Source: Paracoccaceae bacterium (GTDB taxonomy: Bacteria > Pseudomonadota > Alphaproteobacteria > Rhodobacterales > Rhodobacteraceae). Taken from it: a DNA stretch of 64,000 nucleotides. Of this stretch, positions 1-10,760 are shown in pieces (the stretch's first letter is position 1; the number at the start of each line of letters is the position of its first letter). The translations under genes and the position numbers were made by a program. Below the pieces are notes generated by a model. It was given only the letters and a program-made list of their open reading frames with translations. It made no database searches and was not told the DNA's origin. The DNA is taken from positions 42,932-106,931 of the forward strand of contig JASJAR010000008.1 in assembly GCA_030066905.1 (NCBI GenBank). The letters run 5' to 3'.

Positions 1-2734
<2,734 letters not shown>

Positions 2735-2746
2735 GGCCTGCGCTCC

Positions 2747-3103
2747 TTACTCGATGAACTCTTTGTAGGCGTCTTCGTCCATGTAGGCAGCCATGGCCGA
2801 GACGTCCTCAACCTTGATCTTGAAGAACCAGTTCGTCAGCGGGTCGTCGTTCACCAGGCTCGGCGTGTCGACGATGGCCTCGTTGACCTCCACGATCTCG
2901 CCGTCGAGGGGGGCGACGATGTCCGAGGCCGCCTTGACGCTTTCAATGACCGAGACCTCGTCGCCCTTCGCGACCTGTGTCTCCACCTCGGGAAGCTCCA
3001 CGAAAACCACATCGCCCAACTGGGTGGCGGCGTGTTCGGTGATCCCGACGGTGACGATGTCGCCCTCGGCGGTGAGCCATTCGTGGTCTTCGGTGAATTT
3101 CAT
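2747..3103 (-). CDS. gcvH: glycine cleavage system H protein
   Basis: Tail of ORF 2747..3589(-), starting [40 protein letters not shown]. It contains the lipoyl-lysine motif region SVKAASD. ATG at 3103. Confidence 0.95.
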   Translation of the reverse strand: MKFTEDHEWLTAEGDIVTVGITEHAATQLGDVVFVELPEVETQVAKGDEVSVIESVKAASDIVAPLDGEIVEVNEAIVDTPSLVNDDPLTNWFFKIKVEDVSAMAAYMDEDAYKEFIE

Positions 3104-3116
3104 ATTGTAGAGTCCT

Positions 3117-4208
3117 TTAGCGCTTGAAACGGGCAGGGGTGAAGGGAAGGGCGGCCACACGGACGGGCATGCGCTTGCCGCGCACCTCGCCGAAAAGCCG
3201 GGTGTCCTCGGCCTCGTAGTGGTGGGCAACATAGCCCATCGAGACCGGGGCCTCGACGGTCGGGCCATAGGCGCCCGACGTGACGTGGCCGACCAGCGTG
3301 CCGTCTTCGGTGAAAAGCTCGGTGCCCGCGCGCATCGGCGCCCGGGTTTCGGGGCGGAGGCCCACCCGCTTTCGGCCCGGCCCGGTTTCGAGCTCTGCAA
3401 GGATGCGGTTCGAACCCGGAAAGCCGCCTTCGCGTGCGCCGGTGGAGCGGCGCACCTTGCCGATGGCCCAGCCGAGGCCGGCTTCGATGGGCGAGGTGGT
3501 CTCGTCGATATCGGCCCCATAGAGGCAAAGCCCGGCTTCAAGGCGCAAGCTGTCGCGGGCGCCGAGGCCGATGGGGAGGACGTCCTCATCCGCCAGAAGC
3601 CGGCGGGTCAGGGCTTCGGCCTCGGCATCGGGCACCGAGATCTCGAACCCGTCCTCGCCGGTGTAGCCGGAGCGCGAAATCCAGAGATCGCCTAGGGTGA
3701 GGACGTCCATGAACCGCATCGGGCGGACTTCCGGCACGATGGCCGCGAGCACGTCCTCAGCCGCCGGGCCTTGCAGCGCGAGAAGCGCGCGACCCGCGAC
3801 CGGCTCGACGGAGACCCCATCGAGCGATTGCATATGCGCGATGTCATGGTCCTTGCGCGCGGCATTGACGACGATGAAGAGGTGGTCGCCGCGGTTGGCG
3901 ATCATCAGGTCGTCGAGGAGGTCGCCGCGGTCGTCGGTGAAAAACCCGTAGCGCTGGCGGCCTTGCGGCAGACCGAGCACGTCGACCGGCACGAGGGTTT
4001 CGAGCGCCGCGGCCCGGGTCTCGCCCCTGAGGATCACCTGGCCCATGTGGCTGACGTCGAAAAGGCCGGCCTTGGCCCGGGTGTGAAGATGCTCGGCCAT
4101 CACCCCGGCGGGGTATTGGACCGGCATCTCATAGCCCGCAAACGGCACCATCCTGGCGCCGAGCTCGATATGGAGGTCGTAAAGCCCCGTTCGGTTCAAG
4201 CCGGCCAT
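3117..4208 (-). CDS. gcvT: glycine cleavage aminomethyltransferase (T protein)
   Basis: ORF 3117..4481(-). The conserved part starts [32 protein letters not shown], with ATG at 4208 preceded by GGGAGAAGG. The upstream 91 codons overlap the riboswitch and are not coding. Confidence 0.9.
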   Translation of the reverse strand: MAGLNRTGLYDLHIELGARMVPFAGYEMPVQYPAGVMAEHLHTRAKAGLFDVSHMGQVILRGETRAAALETLVPVDVLGLPQGRQRYGFFTDDRGDLLDDLMIANRGDHLFIVVNAARKDHDIAHMQSLDGVSVEPVAGRALLALQGPAAEDVLAAIVPEVRPMRFMDVLTLGDLWISRSGYTGEDGFEISVPDAEAEALTRRLLADEDVLPIGLGARDSLRLEAGLCLYGADIDETTSPIEAGLGWAIGKVRRSTGAREGGFPGSNRILAELETGPGRKRVGLRPETRAPMRAGTELFTEDGTLVGHVTSGAYGPTVEAPVSMGYVAHHYEAEDTRLFGEVRGKRMPVRVAALPFTPARFKR

Positions 4209-4279
4209 GCCTTCTCCCTGCATCTGCCGGCAATCTTGCGCCCGGCACCGTGGTCGGGCAAGTCCCTTGCCCGTCGGTG

Positions 4280-4432
4280 CCCCCTCTGTCCTGTCGCCTG
4301 AGATCGTTATCCCGTCGGCGGGCGCGGCCGCGCCACTCTCCAGAGTCTGACCCCGCGACGGTCCTTTTGCCTGAGAGATTACCGGGGCGGTTGCTCCTTC
4401 GGCCCGGGGAGAGGCACCCCCCATGTCTCCCG
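4280..4432 (-). promoter_or_regulatory. tandem glycine riboswitch (two aptamers) in the gcvT leader
   Basis: The minus-strand RNA reads CGGGAGAC...CCGGGCCGAAGGAGCAACCGCCCCGGUAAUCUCUCAGGCAAAAGGACCG, then CUCUGGAGAGUGGCGCGGCCGCGCCCGCCGACGGGAUAACGAUCUCAGGCGACAGGACAGAG. These are two copies of the GGAGAG...CCGAAGG(A/G)GCAA...CUCAGGC(A/G)A(A/C)AGGAC signature, directly 5' of gcvT. Confidence 0.8.
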
Positions 4433-4515
4433 TCGCGAGACGAGTGGCGTGTAGCGCGGCTTGCCAGCCCGCACAAGCCATTGCGAAGGCGGGCGCTTCG
4501 GGGCAGGAGGGCGCG

Positions 4516-5094
4516 ATGGACGGATATGTCTTCGGCTACGGCTCGCTGGTGAATGCCCGCACCCACGATTATGGGACGGTGCATCCCGCGCGAATGACCG
4601 GCTGGCGGCGGCGCTGGTGCCAGGCCAAGGGGCGCGCCTGGGCGTTTCTCGCCGTGACCCCCTCTCCCGAAACCGTGCTCGACGGGGTGATCGCCGAGGT
4701 CCCGGGGCCGGCCTGGGCGGACCTCGATCAGCGGGAATTCAGCTACGACCGGGTCGAGACCGACAGCGTCGAACACCCGCTACCGGATGCGGTCCGCGTC
4801 CAGCATTATTGGGTGCCCGACGGCAAGCACACTGCCCCTGCCGAGACCCAGCCGGTGCTTCTGAGCTATCTCGACACCTGCGTCGAGGGCTATCTCGACA
4901 TCTTCGGCGAGGCGGGCCCGGGTCGGTTCTTCGAGACCACCGATGGCTGGGACACCCCGGTGCTCGACGACCGCCCCGCCCCGATCTACCGCCGCCATAC
5001 CGCGCCGGGCGCGGCGGTGCGGGAGATCACCGACGCGGCACTTGCGCGGCTATCCGTCAGGCGGATGTCTCTGGACATGGTCCGGCCCGGCTAA
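4516..5094 (+). CDS. gamma-glutamylcyclotransferase-fold (GGCT/ChaC/AIG2-like) protein
   Basis: ORF 4423..5094(+). ATG at 4516 gives MDGYVFGYGSLVN, matching the YGSL motif typical of the GGCT fold. There is no closer match I can name. Confidence 0.5.
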   Translation: MDGYVFGYGSLVNARTHDYGTVHPARMTGWRRRWCQAKGRAWAFLAVTPSPETVLDGVIAEVPGPAWADLDQREFSYDRVETDSVEHPLPDAVRVQHYWVPDGKHTAPAETQPVLLSYLDTCVEGYLDIFGEAGPGRFFETTDGWDTPVLDDRPAPIYRRHTAPGAAVREITDAALARLSVRRMSLDMVRPG

Positions 5095-5100
5095 CGCGCC

Positions 5101-6519
5101 CTACCGGCGATGGTGAAAGAGCTGAAAGAGCCGCGCCTGGCGGTCGAAGGGTTCGGCCGGCGCGGCGGGCGTCTCGACAGCCCGTGCCATGACCCGGCGG
5201 GCGAGGCCCCAGGCCAGCGCGCCGAAAAGCACCCCGCCGGCGGCCTGACCGATGAGGACGCCGGGGGCGCCGAAAAGCGTGGCACCTGCGATGACGAAAG
5301 GGATCGTCCCGAGCGTATGACGGCCCCAGTTGATCAGCGTCGACCAGAACGGATGGCCGAGATTGTTGAACGCGGCATTGCCGACGAAGATCACCCCGTT
5401 GAAGAAGAACATCAGTGCCAGCGGCCCGCAGAAGAGAAAGATCAGGCTCCGGGTCACGCCTTCGGCCTCGAAAAGCCAGGCAATGGGCTCGCGCAGGGCG
5501 AAAAGCGCGCCCGAGACGAGAACGACCACCACCGCGCAGAAGATCAGCGCGTCGCGGAACGCCTCGCGCACCCGGTCGTGACGGCCCGCACCGTAGTTCT
5601 GCCCGATGATCGGGCCGACCGCGCCCGAAAGCGCAAAAAGAACCCCGAAGGCCACCGGCGTGATCCGGGCGACGATTGCCATGCCGGCCACCGCCGCCTC
5701 GCCGAACTCGGCCATCGACCGCGTCACATAGGCCTGGCCGATGGGTGTGGCGAGCTGGGTCAGGATCGCGGGGGCCGCGATGGCGGCGATGGGGCGGAAA
5801 TCGCCCAGGAGATCGGAGGCCCTCGGCCGGCCGAGCCCGCCATGGTCGCGAAAGATGAAATAGAGCGCCGTCGCTGCGATGCCGAACCGGGCCGCGACCG
5901 ACGCAAGCGCCGCCCCGACCAACTCGAGGTCGAGACCGAAAATCAGGATCGGGTCGAGGACGGCATTGATCGCCCCGCCGATGAGTGTCACCCACATCGC
6001 CTTTTGGGCTGCGCCATGGGCTCTGAGGATCGCCGATCCGACGATCCCGATGAGGAGGATCGGCATGGACGGAATGATGATCGAGAGATAGAGCACCGCG
6101 AGATCGAGCGTCTCGCCGCTCGCGCCGACGAGCCCGGCGATGGGGGCCAGGTTGACCCAGACAAGGGCGGCGAAGACCGTGCCGAAGGCGATCCCCCAGA
6201 GCATCGCGGTGGTCGCGCGGCGCCGGGCAAGCTCCCCGTCCCCGGCCCCGAGCGCGCGCGCCACCAGCGCGCCCGCGGCGATGGCCATGCCGATGCCGAA
6301 GGAGGTGGTGAAGAAAAGGATCGCGCCCGCATAACCCACCGCGGCGGCAAGCTCCGACTTGCCGAGCATCGAGATGAAAATCATGTCGACGAAATCGACG
6401 AGAAACACCGCCATCAGTCCGACCGACGCGGTGAGCGACATCACCGAAACGTGCCGAAAAAGGCTGCCGTCGAGGAACTTCGCCTGCTCGCTCAACGGCT
6501 GCCCCCCGGCGCTGCGCAA
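5101..6519 (-). CDS. MATE family efflux transporter
   Basis: 472-aa ORF with about 12 hydrophobic segments. The N-terminus KFLDGSLFRHVSVMSLTASVGLMAVFLVDFVDMIFISMLGKSELAAAVGYA is a typical MATE start. The start is TTG at 6519, with no in-frame ATG upstream of TM1. Confidence 0.85.
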   Translation of the reverse strand: MRSAGGQPLSEQAKFLDGSLFRHVSVMSLTASVGLMAVFLVDFVDMIFISMLGKSELAAAVGYAGAILFFTTSFGIGMAIAAGALVARALGAGDGELARRRATTAMLWGIAFGTVFAALVWVNLAPIAGLVGASGETLDLAVLYLSIIIPSMPILLIGIVGSAILRAHGAAQKAMWVTLIGGAINAVLDPILIFGLDLELVGAALASVAARFGIAATALYFIFRDHGGLGRPRASDLLGDFRPIAAIAAPAILTQLATPIGQAYVTRSMAEFGEAAVAGMAIVARITPVAFGVLFALSGAVGPIIGQNYGAGRHDRVREAFRDALIFCAVVVVLVSGALFALREPIAWLFEAEGVTRSLIFLFCGPLALMFFFNGVIFVGNAAFNNLGHPFWSTLINWGRHTLGTIPFVIAGATLFGAPGVLIGQAAGGVLFGALAWGLARRVMARAVETPAAPAEPFDRQARLFQLFHHRR

Positions 6520-6524
6520 AGCCG

Positions 6525-6588
6525 CTTCATCTTGGCGAAAATACCGCGGGGGAGGCGCGAACGCGCCGGGGGCGGAGCCCCCGTCTCC
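6525..6588 (-). repeat. family-2 hairpin repeat, intergenic copy (gltX 3' end / MATE leader)
   Basis: The minus strand reads GGGGGCtccGCCCCC GGCGCGttCGCGCC tCCCCGCGGTATTTTCGCCAAGATGAAG: two GC hairpins plus a T-run. It matches the copy inside xdhB (43135..43191) at about 26 of the 28 nt at the AAGATGAAG end, by eye, with the same hairpin layout. Confidence 0.7.
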
Positions 6589-6589
6589 A

Positions 6590-7915
6590 TCACCGCAACC
6601 CCGGCTTGACCTGCATGAGCGGCATCACATCGGCCATCTCCGGCCCCTTCGTGCGCCCCGTCACCGCGTGGCGGAGCGGCATGAAGAGCCCCCTGCCCTT
6701 GCGCCCGGTCGCCGCCTTCGCGGCAGAGGTCCAGGCCCCCCAGGTGTCGCCGTCATAGGGCGGCTCGCCGAGGAGCCCGAAGGCGGTTTCCACAAATGCC
6801 CGGTCCTCCTCGGCGACCTCCGGGATCGCGCCGCCCTCGAACACCTCCCACCAGCCATCGAGGTCCGAAAGCGTGGAGATGTTCTCCCGGCATACGGTCC
6901 AGAAATGAAGCTGAAGCGCGCCCGGAACGCCAAGGGCGTCGAGCTTGTCCTTGACCGCCGAGAGCGGCAGCCCCGCGAGGTGCCGGGCGGTCAGAGGCGC
7001 GAGATCGGCCTCGTCGAATTTCGTCGGCGCGGCCCCGAACCGGGCGATGTCAAAGCCCTCGACAAGCTCGGCGATCGAGCCCCGAAGTTCGACGGGGTCC
7101 GACGAGCCGAGCCGCGCCATCAGCGACAACAGCGCCATGGGTGCCACGCCCCGGGCCCGGAGGTCCCTGAGCGACAGGGTGCCGAGGCGCTTTGACAGCG
7201 CCTCCCCGCCGGGGCCCGTGAGAAGCGAGTGGTGGGCAAAGGCTGGGGGTGCTGCGCCAAGCGCCTCCATAATCTGAATTTGGGTCGCGGTGTTCGTCAC
7301 ATGGTCCGAGCCCCGTACGACATGGGTCACCCCCATTTCGGTGTCATCGACGACCGAGGCCAGGGTGTAGAGCACCTGCCCGTCCTGGCGGATGAGCACG
7401 GGGTCGGAGACCGATGCGGCGTCGATGGAGGTCTCCCCGAGGATGCCGTCTTTCCATTCGATCCGCGCATGATCGAGCTTGAAGCGCCAGACCCCCTGCC
7501 CCCGTTCGGCGCGGAGCTTGGCCTTTTCCTCGTCCGAAAGCGCCAGGGCGGCGCGGTCGTAGACCGGGGGCCGGCCCATGTTGAGTTGCTTCTTGCGCTT
7601 GAGATCGAGCTCGGTCGGTGTCTCGAAGGCCTCGTAGAACCGTCCCGCCGCGCGCAAAGTCTCGGCGGCGGCGGCGTAGCGGTCGAGCCGGGCGGACTGG
7701 CGCTCGACCCGGTCCCAGGTGAGGCCCAGCCAGTCGAGGTCTTCCATGATCGCGTCGGCGAACTCGGGCTTCGAGCGCTCGGGGTCGGTGTCGTCGAGCC
7801 TGAGGATGAAGGTGCCGCCGGCTTTCCGGGCGATGAGGTAGTTGAAAAGCGCGGTGCGGAGGTTGCCGATATGGAGGTAACCGGTGGGCGAGGGCGCAAA
7901 GCGGGTGACGGTCAT
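6590..7915 (-). CDS. gltX: glutamate--tRNA ligase (short, 441 aa type)
   Basis: Part of ORF 6590..8539(-). ATG at 7915 gives MTVTRFAPSPTGYLHIGNLRTALFNYL (HIGN class I signature), and ALSKRLG is the KMSKS-like motif. Confidence 0.9.
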   Translation of the reverse strand: MTVTRFAPSPTGYLHIGNLRTALFNYLIARKAGGTFILRLDDTDPERSKPEFADAIMEDLDWLGLTWDRVERQSARLDRYAAAAETLRAAGRFYEAFETPTELDLKRKKQLNMGRPPVYDRAALALSDEEKAKLRAERGQGVWRFKLDHARIEWKDGILGETSIDAASVSDPVLIRQDGQVLYTLASVVDDTEMGVTHVVRGSDHVTNTATQIQIMEALGAAPPAFAHHSLLTGPGGEALSKRLGTLSLRDLRARGVAPMALLSLMARLGSSDPVELRGSIAELVEGFDIARFGAAPTKFDEADLAPLTARHLAGLPLSAVKDKLDALGVPGALQLHFWTVCRENISTLSDLDGWWEVFEGGAIPEVAEEDRAFVETAFGLLGEPPYDGDTWGAWTSAAKAATGRKGRGLFMPLRHAVTGRTKGPEMADVMPLMQVKPGLR

Positions 7916-7978
7916 GGGAAGGCTCCTTCGGGCTCCCGGCTCTTTCACAGGGGCGCGGTTTTGTCCATATCGGCGGCC

Positions 7979-8383
7979 ATGCGATTTGCCGACGACACCG
8001 CCCCCGATGCGGCCGATTTCGAGGCCCTCGCCGGGGCCGCCCTCGCCGCGCTGCCGGAGGCGTTCCGCGATGCGGCCGCAAAGGTAGTGCTCCGGGTCGA
8101 GGATTTCGCTCCGGAGACGATCCTCGATGAAATGGGCATGGAAGACGCCTTCGAACTCACCGGGCTCTATGACGGCATCCCGCTCACCGAAAAGTCGGTG
8201 ATGGACCAGCCCCAGGGCCCCGACACGATCTGGCTTTTCCGCCGCCCGATCCTCGACGAATGGGCCGGCCGGGGCGATGTAACGCTGGGGGAGCTCGTCA
8301 CCCACGTGGTCGTCCACGAGCTGGCCCATCATTTCGGCTGGTCGGATGCGGATATCGCGACGGTGGATGAATGGTGGCGGTGA
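7979..8383 (+). CDS. zincin-like metallopeptidase family protein (DUF1025/Zincin_1-like)
   Basis: Tail of ORF 7229..8383(+). ATG at 7979 gives MRFADDTAPDAADFEALAG... and contains the HExxH motif VVHELAHHFGW. Confidence 0.65.
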   Translation: MRFADDTAPDAADFEALAGAALAALPEAFRDAAAKVVLRVEDFAPETILDEMGMEDAFELTGLYDGIPLTEKSVMDQPQGPDTIWLFRRPILDEWAGRGDVTLGELVTHVVVHELAHHFGWSDADIATVDEWWR

Positions 8384-8397
8384 GGGCGGGATCGAAC

Positions 8398-8577
8398 CGT
8401 TTTGGTCAGAATCGGGCGTTCGTTTGCCCGCCCCGATCCACAGCCCCCCCCCGCGTCCCGGGCTCGACCCGGGACCTCGATAGGCTTGGCTCTCCATTGG
8501 ATCGAGGCCCCGGATCAGGTCCGGGGCGCGTTTCGCCAAGGGCTGCCGGTGGAAGACCAGAGCGTCTCCTTCAGGCC
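8398..8577 (-). repeat. family-1 MITE-like double-hairpin repeat, copy 1
   Basis: The reverse complement aligns end to end with copies at 14044 and 18266. Shared parts are the hairpins CCCCGGAcctgaTCCGGGG and GTCCCGGGtcgagCCCGGGAC, the palindromic centre CCTCGAT...ATCGAGG, and imperfect TIRs (TTTTGG(C/T)C(T/A)GAA...). Confidence 0.8.
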
Positions 8578-8659
8578 AGTCACCCGCCTGGCCAAATGAA
8601 ACCCGCTTGCGCTGGTGGCGCTAACACCGCAGATAGGGAGTGCTGAGGAGGCCCGCGCC

Positions 8660-9610
8660 ATGCGCACCGACATTCTGACGATCACTTTGAACCCCACGGT
8701 CGACTTCGCGATGACCGCGCCGAAGATCGTCCCGGAGCTGAAACTGCGCTGTTCGGAGCCCCATGTGGACCCCGGCGGCGGCGGCATCAACGTCGCCCGG
8801 GCGATCCGGCTTCTGGGCGGTCAGGCGACGGCTCTCGTGGCCATCGGCGGGGCGACGGGGGCGCATCTTCTGCAACTTCTGGCCCTTGAGGGCGTGCCCA
8901 CGGTGGCCTTTCAGGGCCCCGGCGAAACCCGCCAATCGACCTCCGTCATCGATCTGTCGACGAAGGACCAGTTCCGTTTCGTCACGCCCGGCCCGGCCTG
9001 GCATCAGGAAGACGTGGACCGGGGCCTGCGCTCCATCGACCAGGCCGCGGGCGACGGCACGCTCGTGGTGCTCTCGGGCAGCCAGCCGCCGGGGGTCGCG
9101 AAGGATTTCCCCTCGATCCTGGCCGATCACGTCCGCGACCGGAAAGCCGAACTCATCGTCGACACCTCGGGGCCGGCGCTGTTTCACCTCGCCGAAGGGC
9201 CCCATGAAGCGGTCGCGGTGCTGAGAATGGACGGGCCCGAAGCCGAGGAGCTTGCGGGACGGGCGCTGCCGAACCGGGCCGATACCGCCGATTTCGCGCA
9301 GGAGCTTGTGAAACGGGGCGTGGCCCGGATCGTGATCGTCGCCCGCGGTGCCGACGGCTCGGTGATGGCCTCGGCGGACGGGCGCTGGCACGCGGTCGGC
9401 CCGGCGGTGGAGGTGATCTCGAAGGTCGGCGCGGGCGACAGTTTCGTCGGCGCCTTTGCCTATAGCCTCGCCCTGGGAGAACCGCTCCCCGACTGCCTCG
9501 CCCATGGGGTCGCCTCGGCGAGTGCGTCGGTGACGACCGAGGCGACACGGCTTTGCGAGCCGGAGACGGTGGCGGCGCTTAGAGCGGAGACCAAGGTGGA
9601 GGCGGTGTGA
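8660..9610 (+). CDS. PfkB-family sugar/hexose-phosphate kinase (1-phosphofructokinase / PfkB-2 like)
   Basis: ORF 8615..9610(+). ATG at 8660 gives MRTDILTITLNPTVD. Motifs GGGGINVARA and the C-terminal GAGDSFVGAF are the PfkB signatures. Confidence 0.75.
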   Translation: MRTDILTITLNPTVDFAMTAPKIVPELKLRCSEPHVDPGGGGINVARAIRLLGGQATALVAIGGATGAHLLQLLALEGVPTVAFQGPGETRQSTSVIDLSTKDQFRFVTPGPAWHQEDVDRGLRSIDQAAGDGTLVVLSGSQPPGVAKDFPSILADHVRDRKAELIVDTSGPALFHLAEGPHEAVAVLRMDGPEAEELAGRALPNRADTADFAQELVKRGVARIVIVARGADGSVMASADGRWHAVGPAVEVISKVGAGDSFVGAFAYSLALGEPLPDCLAHGVASASASVTTEATRLCEPETVAALRAETKVEAV

Positions 9611-9612
9611 GG

Positions 9613-9664
9613 CGGTATCCGCGCGCGGATACCGTGCCGGATATCGCGCGCGATATCCGGTTTT
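9613..9664 (+). terminator. twin perfect GC palindromes plus T-run (likely terminator of the kinase gene)
   Basis: CGGTATCCGCGCGCGGATACCG (9613-9634) is followed by CCGGATATCGCGCGCGATATCCGG (9637-9660) and then TTTT (9661-9664), 3 nt after the stop codon. Confidence 0.6.
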
Positions 9665-9680
9665 AATGTGGGAACAACGT

Positions 9681-10428
9681 CTACCAACCAGTCAGATTTG
9701 CATCCAGGTTAGTCGCTAGCGGATGACGGCTCAGAAACCGCTTGATCAGAACTTGACGAGCCTCCTCCGTATTCAAATCAAGAAGAATTCTACGTCACCA
9801 AAAATACTATTAACCAAAAAGCACCGATTAGGATTGGTACGAAGAATGAAAATACATTACCGCGCCGGCCGATACTGCTGCGTGACCCCGCTCCTTTGAT
9901 TGCTGGCAAAAGGCCAATTGGGTCAATCAAGTCTCGAACTCCGCGCGGCAAACATCTTTCTCCCTCGGGCCCGTCATATCTTGTTCGCCACTTCCTCACA
10001 GTCCTGCTCACGGCCTCTTGAGCAGCTAGAATACTAATGAAAGACACAACAGAAACCAATATCCCCGTCACAGAAAACGCAAAATTCACCATCCGTTGCG
10101 CTTCATCCATTCGACCTTGCGTGAGCGCAAATGCGGTGAAGAGGAAGGCTTGTAGTGTAACCAGCCAAGTAGTTCTTCAATTCACCAAAGTATCTTCGTG
10201 AACAACCTTTTCTCGATAGAGCTTGTAAATTTCGATTGATTCAGGTGTGAGAAATTTCTCTACATCGCTCATATTGCTTGATAGTAGCAATTTTGGTCGA
10301 TTGGGATAACTGACCTCAACAGGGTCGGAAAAGGTATCCTTCCACCACCGAACAACCCGGTTATTTTTGATAATGTTCAAGATCACCTCCGAGATCAGAT
10401 ACATACGATACTTCAATCTGAAAGACAA
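9681..10428 (-). pseudogene. disrupted gene for a ~245-aa 3-TM membrane protein of unknown family (listed as ORFs 10177..10428 and 9790..10110)
   Basis: Both listed ORFs are in the same frame: 10111..10176 is 66 nt, open, and encodes RTTWLVTLQAFLFTAFALTQGR. They are separated only by the TGA at 10177-10179. After the TAG at 9790, the +1 frame continues as RILLDLNTEEARQVLIKRFLSRHPLATNLDANLTGW to TAG at 9681. The codon usage is AT-rich. Confidence 0.4.
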
Positions 10429-10760
10429 TTAAACCGTTTTGCTCCGAGTTCCGCATCTTAAGTACATACTTATTGATCGCTATAATGAATTGTAATCCCA
10501 AGATAGTCCTTGCAATACGAAACGCAATCAATGATATCCATGAACATACCGTACATCGTCGAAGCCAATGGACAGATGGATGGAAGGCTTTTTTCTCGTC
10601 AGTTCCGCATGCCGTTTGATCGTCGTTTTGGTCGGGTTGACGTTCCAGTCCATCATCAAGCGGAAATTGTTACAGCCAATGATTACCATGCAACTGGGAA
10701 ACCTAGATGTTCATTTCTTGATAGCTTCGAAAGCACACTCAGTACGTAGATGAGAGACGC

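Noticed and set aside
7916-8539. Long N-terminal extensions of listed ORFs: gltX to 8539, gcvT to 4481, hisS to 33651, hisZ to 32023, rsmI to 63922, pxpB to 30078, mreB from 20492, comM from 59771.
   Set aside because: The extensions run through repeats, riboswitch or neighbouring promoters, and the conserved N-termini begin at internal starts with plausible RBS or stop-start overlaps.
10177-10179. Reading the in-frame TGA in the island gene as selenocysteine or programmed readthrough.
   Set aside because: I see no SECIS-like hairpin immediately downstream and no selenoprotein context. A second lesion (a frameshift at about 9790) makes pseudogenisation the simpler explanation, although readthrough is not formally excluded.
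9790-10428. Interpreting the 83-aa and 106-aa ORFs as a toxin-antitoxin or small defence pair.
   Set aside because: They share one frame with an open 66-nt linker encoding a TM helix. There is no independent RBS or start for the second ORF, and I can recognise no toxin or antitoxin fold.
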